The notes beneath the pieces were generated by a model, which was given only the letters and a program-made list of their open reading frames with translations, had not been told where the DNA came from and did no database searches. A stretch of 62,982 nucleotides of DNA, the filler included. It is 5 parts of 5 records of this genome, joined end to end, with 100 filler letters (N's around TTAATTAATTAA, not from the genome) between each part and the next. Parts side by side here need not be neighbours in the genome. Positions count along the whole stretch, not along the records: positions 51,955 to 62,982 come from SRR2962707_3176; 4 more parts are not named here. One strand, given 5' to 3'. The position numbers and the translations under genes are program-made. The stretch's first letter is position 1, and each line of letters opens with the position of its first letter. This document shows positions 58,629 through 62,982 of this stretch, piece after piece.

Positions 58629-59579
58629 ATGAAAGTATTAGCAAACGATGGTATTTCTCAAAGTGGGATCGATGCTTTAAAAAGTAAAGGTTTTGAGATT
58701 ATTACTACAAAAGTAGCGCAAGAACAACTTGAAAGTTATATAAACGAAAATAATATAGATGCGCTTTTAGTGCGTAGTGCTACTAAAGTACGTAAAGAAT
58801 TAATAGATGCTTGTCCGTCTTTAAAACTTATTGGTCGTGGTGGTGTTGGTATGGATAATATTGATGTAGCCTATGCAAAAGAAAAAGGACTGCATGTAAT
58901 TAATACTCCTGCCGCTTCTTCTGCGTCTGTAGCCGAATTAGTTTTTGCACATTTATATGGAGGTGTTCGTTTTTTATATGATGCCAATAGAAATATGCCT
59001 TTAGAAGGTGAAAGTAAATTTGGTCAACTTAAAAAAGCATATGCTGGTGGCGTTGAACTTAGAGGTAAAACATTAGGAGTTATTGGTATTGGTAGAATTG
59101 GGCAAGAAACCGCTAAAATTGCATTAGGAGTTGGAATGAAAGTTGTTGCTTTTGATCCATTCATTGAAAATGTAACGATTCCTGTTGAATTCTTCGACGG
59201 ACAAAAAGTGGAATTCAATATTAAAACTATTTCTAAAGAAGACGTTTTAAAACAAGCCGATTTTATAACCTTACATGTTCCTGCACAAAAAGAATATGTA
59301 TTAGGTAAAAAGGAATTTGCTCTTTTAAAAGATGGTGTAGGAATAGTTAACGCCGCTCGTGGAGGTGTTATAGATGAAGTTGCTCTTGTTGATGCATTAG
59401 ATAATAAAAAAGTTGCTTTTGCAGGAATTGATGTATTTGAAAATGAACCAACGCCAGCTATTAAAGTATTGATGCATCCAAGCATTTCTTTAACTCCGCA
59501 TATTGGAGCTGCAACTGCGGAAGCTCAGGATAGAATTGGAGTTGAACTTGCAGATCAAATTGAAGCATTGCTGAAATAA
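58629..59579 (+). CDS. serA: D-3-phosphoglycerate dehydrogenase (short form, no ACT domain)
   Basis: VRSAT, GRGGVG.DN, G.GRIG, NAARGG, DVFENEP, TPHIGAAT.EAQ; follows serC. Confidence 0.9.
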   Translation: MKVLANDGISQSGIDALKSKGFEIITTKVAQEQLESYINENNIDALLVRSATKVRKELIDACPSLKLIGRGGVGMDNIDVAYAKEKGLHVINTPAASSASVAELVFAHLYGGVRFLYDANRNMPLEGESKFGQLKKAYAGGVELRGKTLGVIGIGRIGQETAKIALGVGMKVVAFDPFIENVTIPVEFFDGQKVEFNIKTISKEDVLKQADFITLHVPAQKEYVLGKKEFALLKDGVGIVNAARGGVIDEVALVDALDNKKVAFAGIDVFENEPTPAIKVLMHPSISLTPHIGAATAEAQDRIGVELADQIEALLK

Positions 59580-59678
59580 TCTATTACAAAATAAATTTAA
59601 AATTGATAAAAATCAGCTTATTATATAGGAAAATAAACAATACGCTATTTTGATAAAGCGTTAAATTTTCTATATTTT

Positions 59679-59712
59679 AAAAAAAGTCCTTCCATAACGA
59701 AGGACTTTTTTT
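59679..59712 (+). terminator. Intrinsic terminator
   Basis: AAAAAAAGTCCTTC...GAAGGACTTTTTTT. Confidence 0.75.
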
Positions 59713-59751
59713 GTAACTTGTTGGAGATTATAACCTTTAAAAATATTTCAA

Positions 59752-60384
59752 ATGTCAGGATTAGCATCTTTATTAGATAGCGATATAGGTCGCCAAATTA
59801 TTGGAGGCATAAGTAGCGAAACAGGAACTTCAGAAGATAAAACTTCTAACCTTTTAGGCATGGCACTACCTCTATTAACTGGGGCTATGAAAAAGAACGC
59901 AACAACTCCTCAAGGAGCAGAAGGACTTATGAATGCTATTAATAACAAACATGATGGTAGTATTCTGGATAATTTAGGAGGCTTCTTTGGAGGAGGAGTA
60001 GATCAATCTGCTATTAGTGATGGTGCTGGAATTTTAAGTCATGTACTTGGTGGAAATCAACCCAATGTTGAAAATGCTTTAAGTAGCAAAACAGGGATTG
60101 ATGCTGGTACAGTAAGTCAGATTCTAAAAATGGCTGCTCCCTTAATTTTAGGTTATTTAGGGAAACAAACAAAGCAAAGTAATGTTAGTGGTGCTAATGA
60201 TATGAGTAGTCTTTTAGGCAGTATGCTTGGCGGACAATCTCAAGAAAACCAAAGTCTAATAACCTCTCTTATTGACAGTGATGGCGACGGAAGTGTCTTA
60301 GATGATGTGGCAGATATGGTTATTGGATCTAATAAGAAAAAAGGCGGAATTGGCGGAATGCTAGGAAATTTTTTTAATAGCTAA
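59752..60384 (+). CDS. DUF937 family protein
   Basis: ALP.L.GAM..N, HDGSILD, G.GIL.H.LG, DSDGDGS..DD. Confidence 0.85.
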   Translation: MSGLASLLDSDIGRQIIGGISSETGTSEDKTSNLLGMALPLLTGAMKKNATTPQGAEGLMNAINNKHDGSILDNLGGFFGGGVDQSAISDGAGILSHVLGGNQPNVENALSSKTGIDAGTVSQILKMAAPLILGYLGKQTKQSNVSGANDMSSLLGSMLGGQSQENQSLITSLIDSDGDGSVLDDVADMVIGSNKKKGGIGGMLGNFFNS

Positions 60385-60408
60385 ACCCACAATTCAATAA
60401 AGACTTAG

Positions 60409-60440
60409 AAAGTCAGGTTTCAATAAATCTGACTTTTTTT
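60409..60440 (+). terminator. Intrinsic terminator
   Basis: AAAGTCAGGTTT...AAATCTGACTTTTTTT. Confidence 0.7.
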
Positions 60441-60540
60441 GTATCTTTAAAATAAAACCCCTCTCAAAAATCAACTTAATTCATTTCGACAGAGCGTCGG
60501 GGAATTAAACCTTTTAAAAGGGATTAAAACTTTATTTCTG

Positions 60541-61017
60541 ATGAGATATATTTTCACCTTTTTTGTTTTATTCTTCCTACTTTGGTCATGTTCTTCAACT
60601 AAAAAAGCAACAACAACTTCCGAAGAAAATATGGAATTAAATATTTCTGATGAAGAAAAACAAGCTTTTAATGCCAAAGGATCTCAAGATACAGTACGTA
60701 TTGCCGATGAAGAAACAGCATATGAAATCATAATAATAGACCCTGGTTTTAACAGTTGGCTCTATAGTATTGCGCAGCCCGAAGGCTATTATTCTCAAGA
60801 ATTCTTAGAAAGTAGAAATAATATTTATGTAATTAATTGGAATCAGCGCGTATTAAATCCACAACGCTACAATCCTAATTTATATGAAATGCAAATAGAT
60901 TACAGTCCAAATATTGATTATGGATATGAGGTAAACTATAAATTATATAATTACTTTTTATATTTTCAACGTAAATACAATCAGCGATTGGGTCCTTTTT
61001 ATCCAAGAATAAATTAA
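60541..61017 (+). CDS. Conserved Flavobacteriaceae lipoprotein (DUF6146-like)
   Basis: WSC lipobox; YEIIIIDPGF..W, DYGYEVNYKLYNYF. Confidence 0.75.
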   Translation: MRYIFTFFVLFFLLWSCSSTKKATTTSEENMELNISDEEKQAFNAKGSQDTVRIADEETAYEIIIIDPGFNSWLYSIAQPEGYYSQEFLESRNNIYVINWNQRVLNPQRYNPNLYEMQIDYSPNIDYGYEVNYKLYNYFLYFQRKYNQRLGPFYPRIN

Positions 61018-61172
61018 GAGGGCATTCGTTTTAGACTAAATTATTAGTATGTAGTACAGAGTATTGAGTATTAAAAAGTTTTTATCTGTGGCTAAATAAG
61101 ACATATAAAACCTAAAAAAGACCACTTTTTCAAGTAGTCTTTTCCTTTTTTCTTAAGCAATTAATTCCCAAC

Positions 61173-61727
61173 TTACGGTAATAAAACCGTATTGATAACA
61201 TGTATAACCCCGTTAGACTGGTATACATCTGCAATGGTTACTTTAGCTTTATTTCCTTTAGCATCCATAATCCATAACTTTTTTCCTTTTTGCATTACTG
61301 TTAACTCTTCTCCGTTTACTGTTTTAAGCATCGCTTTTCCCATTCCATTTTTTACAGCATCCATCAACGCTTTTGCATCCATTTTTCCAGCAATAACATG
61401 GTAAGTCAAAACTGCCTGTAGTTTTTCTTTATTTTCAGGCTTAAGAAGCATTTCTACAGTTCCTTCAGGTAAAGCTTCAAAAGCTTTATTTGTTGGAGCA
61501 AAAACAGTAAATGGTCCGTCAGACTGCAAAGTTTCTACTAAGTCCGCAGCTTTTACTGCTGCAACTAAAGTTGTATGATCTTTAGAGTTTACCGCATTCT
61601 CTACAATGTTTTTTGTAGGGTACATTTCTGCACCACCTACCATTTTAGTTTCTTGTGCTAAAACAACTGTAGATGCTAGAACAAATACTCCTAACAACAT
61701 TCCTTTTTTTAAGTTTTTAATTTTCAT
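61173..61727 (-). CDS. Fasciclin domain protein
   Basis: Signal peptide; FTVFAPTN.AF, LTYHV, NGVIHVI..VL.P. Confidence 0.93.
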   Translation of the reverse strand: MKIKNLKKGMLLGVFVLASTVVLAQETKMVGGAEMYPTKNIVENAVNSKDHTTLVAAVKAADLVETLQSDGPFTVFAPTNKAFEALPEGTVEMLLKPENKEKLQAVLTYHVIAGKMDAKALMDAVKNGMGKAMLKTVNGEELTVMQKGKKLWIMDAKGNKAKVTIADVYQSNGVIHVINTVLLP

Positions 61728-61911
61728 AGTGATTTTTTTGTTTGTATTTTCTTTCAATCTCACTTACGTAAGTTTATAGATTAAGGTTTTATGGCAATAC
61801 ATGATTTTCTAATTATTTAACAGTAACACCACTTAAATAGCTAGCTATAAGCACTCTATTAAAAAACATATTTATTAAATTTGAAAATAGTTGAACAATT
61901 GAAATTGAAGA

Positions 61912-62628
61912 ATGATGCTGAAAACAACCAATATAGAAGAGAAGCTTCAATCCTACAGAAACAAAACAAGCAATGAAGAGAATATCCTTTTGCAAGTACA
62001 TTCTATTTTACAAAAAGATGCTACCCATATAGCTCAAATAAAAAGTAACCTTGCAGCTACTACCAAAAAGAATAATGCCTTCAAAATTGATTTATTAGAT
62101 GCTAACAAAATTTATCACATAAGTCAAATTAAAAAAATATGCATTGATTATAGATTACGATTTTTAAGTTCCAAATATTTTAAAGGACAAATTCCACAAG
62201 AAGCAATTTCAGCTATAAAGGAATTAGAGAAATTACATCAAACTACTATAAACGGACATCAAATAATTGCGCCTTCTAAACTTTTTAAACTTGAAAATGC
62301 AGATGATCCCCTACTCTTTGCTCCCATAGGAAACGATTATTATTATTTAATATATAAATGGGGGAACGATCTGCATCCGCTAAGAAAATTAGCTGTAATG
62401 CCGTTTAAAAATCTTTTTAATCTTATCATTTTAATACTTGGACTAAGCTTTGTTGTTGCAAAGTTGATCCCAATGGAATTATTTACAAGAGAAAAAAGTA
62501 GCGTCTATTTTTTAGTGCTCTATTTTTTTATATTTAAAATGATAGCTAGTATTACATTGTTTTATGGAGTTGCATTGGGGAAAAATTTTAACAATGTGAT
62601 ATGGAAAAATAAATATTTTAATGCTTAG
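61912..62628 (+). CDS. Conserved hypothetical membrane protein
   Basis: CIDYRLRFL, APSKLF.L..ADDPLLF, WGND; two C-terminal TM segments. Confidence 0.75.
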   Translation: MMLKTTNIEEKLQSYRNKTSNEENILLQVHSILQKDATHIAQIKSNLAATTKKNNAFKIDLLDANKIYHISQIKKICIDYRLRFLSSKYFKGQIPQEAISAIKELEKLHQTTINGHQIIAPSKLFKLENADDPLLFAPIGNDYYYLIYKWGNDLHPLRKLAVMPFKNLFNLIILILGLSFVVAKLIPMELFTREKSSVYFLVLYFFIFKMIASITLFYGVALGKNFNNVIWKNKYFNA

Positions 62629-62637
62629 CTTTAAGTT

Positions 62638-62871
62638 ATGGAAAACAAAGATTACATAAGAATATTTACTGGGAGTGATATTCAAGGTACTTTTATAAAA
62701 AGTAAACTAGAAGAAGTTGGAATTAGTCCAATTATAAAAAATGAAACTGAATCTGCTAGATTAGCTGGTTTTGGTCCTTCCGTAGTAAATCAAGTACAGA
62801 TATTTGTTCATAAAGATGAGCATACTGCTGCATTAGAAATATTGGCCACTGTTGATGGTGGAGTTAATTAA
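62638..62871 (+). CDS. DUF2007 / putative signal-transducing protein
   Basis: LEE.GI...IKN..ESARLAGFG, V...D...A.EI. Confidence 0.75.
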   Translation: MENKDYIRIFTGSDIQGTFIKSKLEEVGISPIIKNETESARLAGFGPSVVNQVQIFVHKDEHTAALEILATVDGGVN

Positions 62872-62899
62872 TCGTCTTTTTAAAATATAAAAAACACTA

Positions 62900-62973
62900 G
62901 GCTGTGTAAAAAGTAATTAAACTCTAAATACCATCCTGATCTTGAAATATAATCCTGAGCTTGTCGAAGGATT
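62900..62973. repeat. Possible IS/MITE end plus Bacteroidetes REP-like palindrome
   Basis: GGCTGTGTAAAAAGT followed by AATCCT-GAGCTTGTCGA-AGGATT at the window edge. Confidence 0.35.
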
Positions 62974-62982
62974 CTTTTGAGT

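Overview
The window is not one locus. It is five unrelated contigs joined by artificial 100-nt spacers (44 N + TTAATTAATTAA + 44 N), so no linkage can be inferred across the spacers. Taxonomic calls below are inferred from gene content and composition. (1) 1-15413, Rhodobacteraceae/Roseobacter-like core region: aspS, GNAT, response regulator, mce, nitroreductase, trpS, rhomboid, murJ, glnD, rsmI, yraN, gshB'. (2) 15514-27451, GC-rich gammaproteobacterium (Alcanivorax-like): an accessory operon encoding an NAD-type class II HMG-CoA reductase, a family III CoA-transferase, a TRAP transporter and a split MaoC hydratase, with a divergent MocR regulator; then an orphan doeB and gmk-rpoZ-spoT. (3) 27552-33205, a similar gammaproteobacterium: SDR, DUF2855, LysR, MBL hydrolase and a full-length RAYT-like HUH transposase lacking key catalytic residues, with REP elements at both contig ends. 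(4) 33306-51854, Cytophagales-like: pyk', class III cyclase, an unannotated Zn-ribbon microprotein, a DUF4160/DUF2442 pair whose DUF4160 is split by a -1 frameshift at or next to A-AAA-AAG, a TPR hybrid kinase flanked on both sides by the same 21-bp-phased direct repeat (driving a small protein and a candidate sRNA), an iodotyrosine deiodinase coupled to a DPP III-like peptidase, M28 peptidase, lipoprotein RidA, orphan H-NOX and an ABC permease. (5) 51955-62982, AT-rich Flavobacteriaceae-like: CocE/NonD hydrolase, tRNA-His, bshB1, ferredoxin, LuxC-like reductase, serC-serA and others. Best candidates for new biology: the HMGR/CoA-transferase/hydratase/TRAP operon, the apparently catalytically dead RAYT, and the hybrid-kinase direct-repeat regulon. 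No CRISPR array or rRNA was seen.
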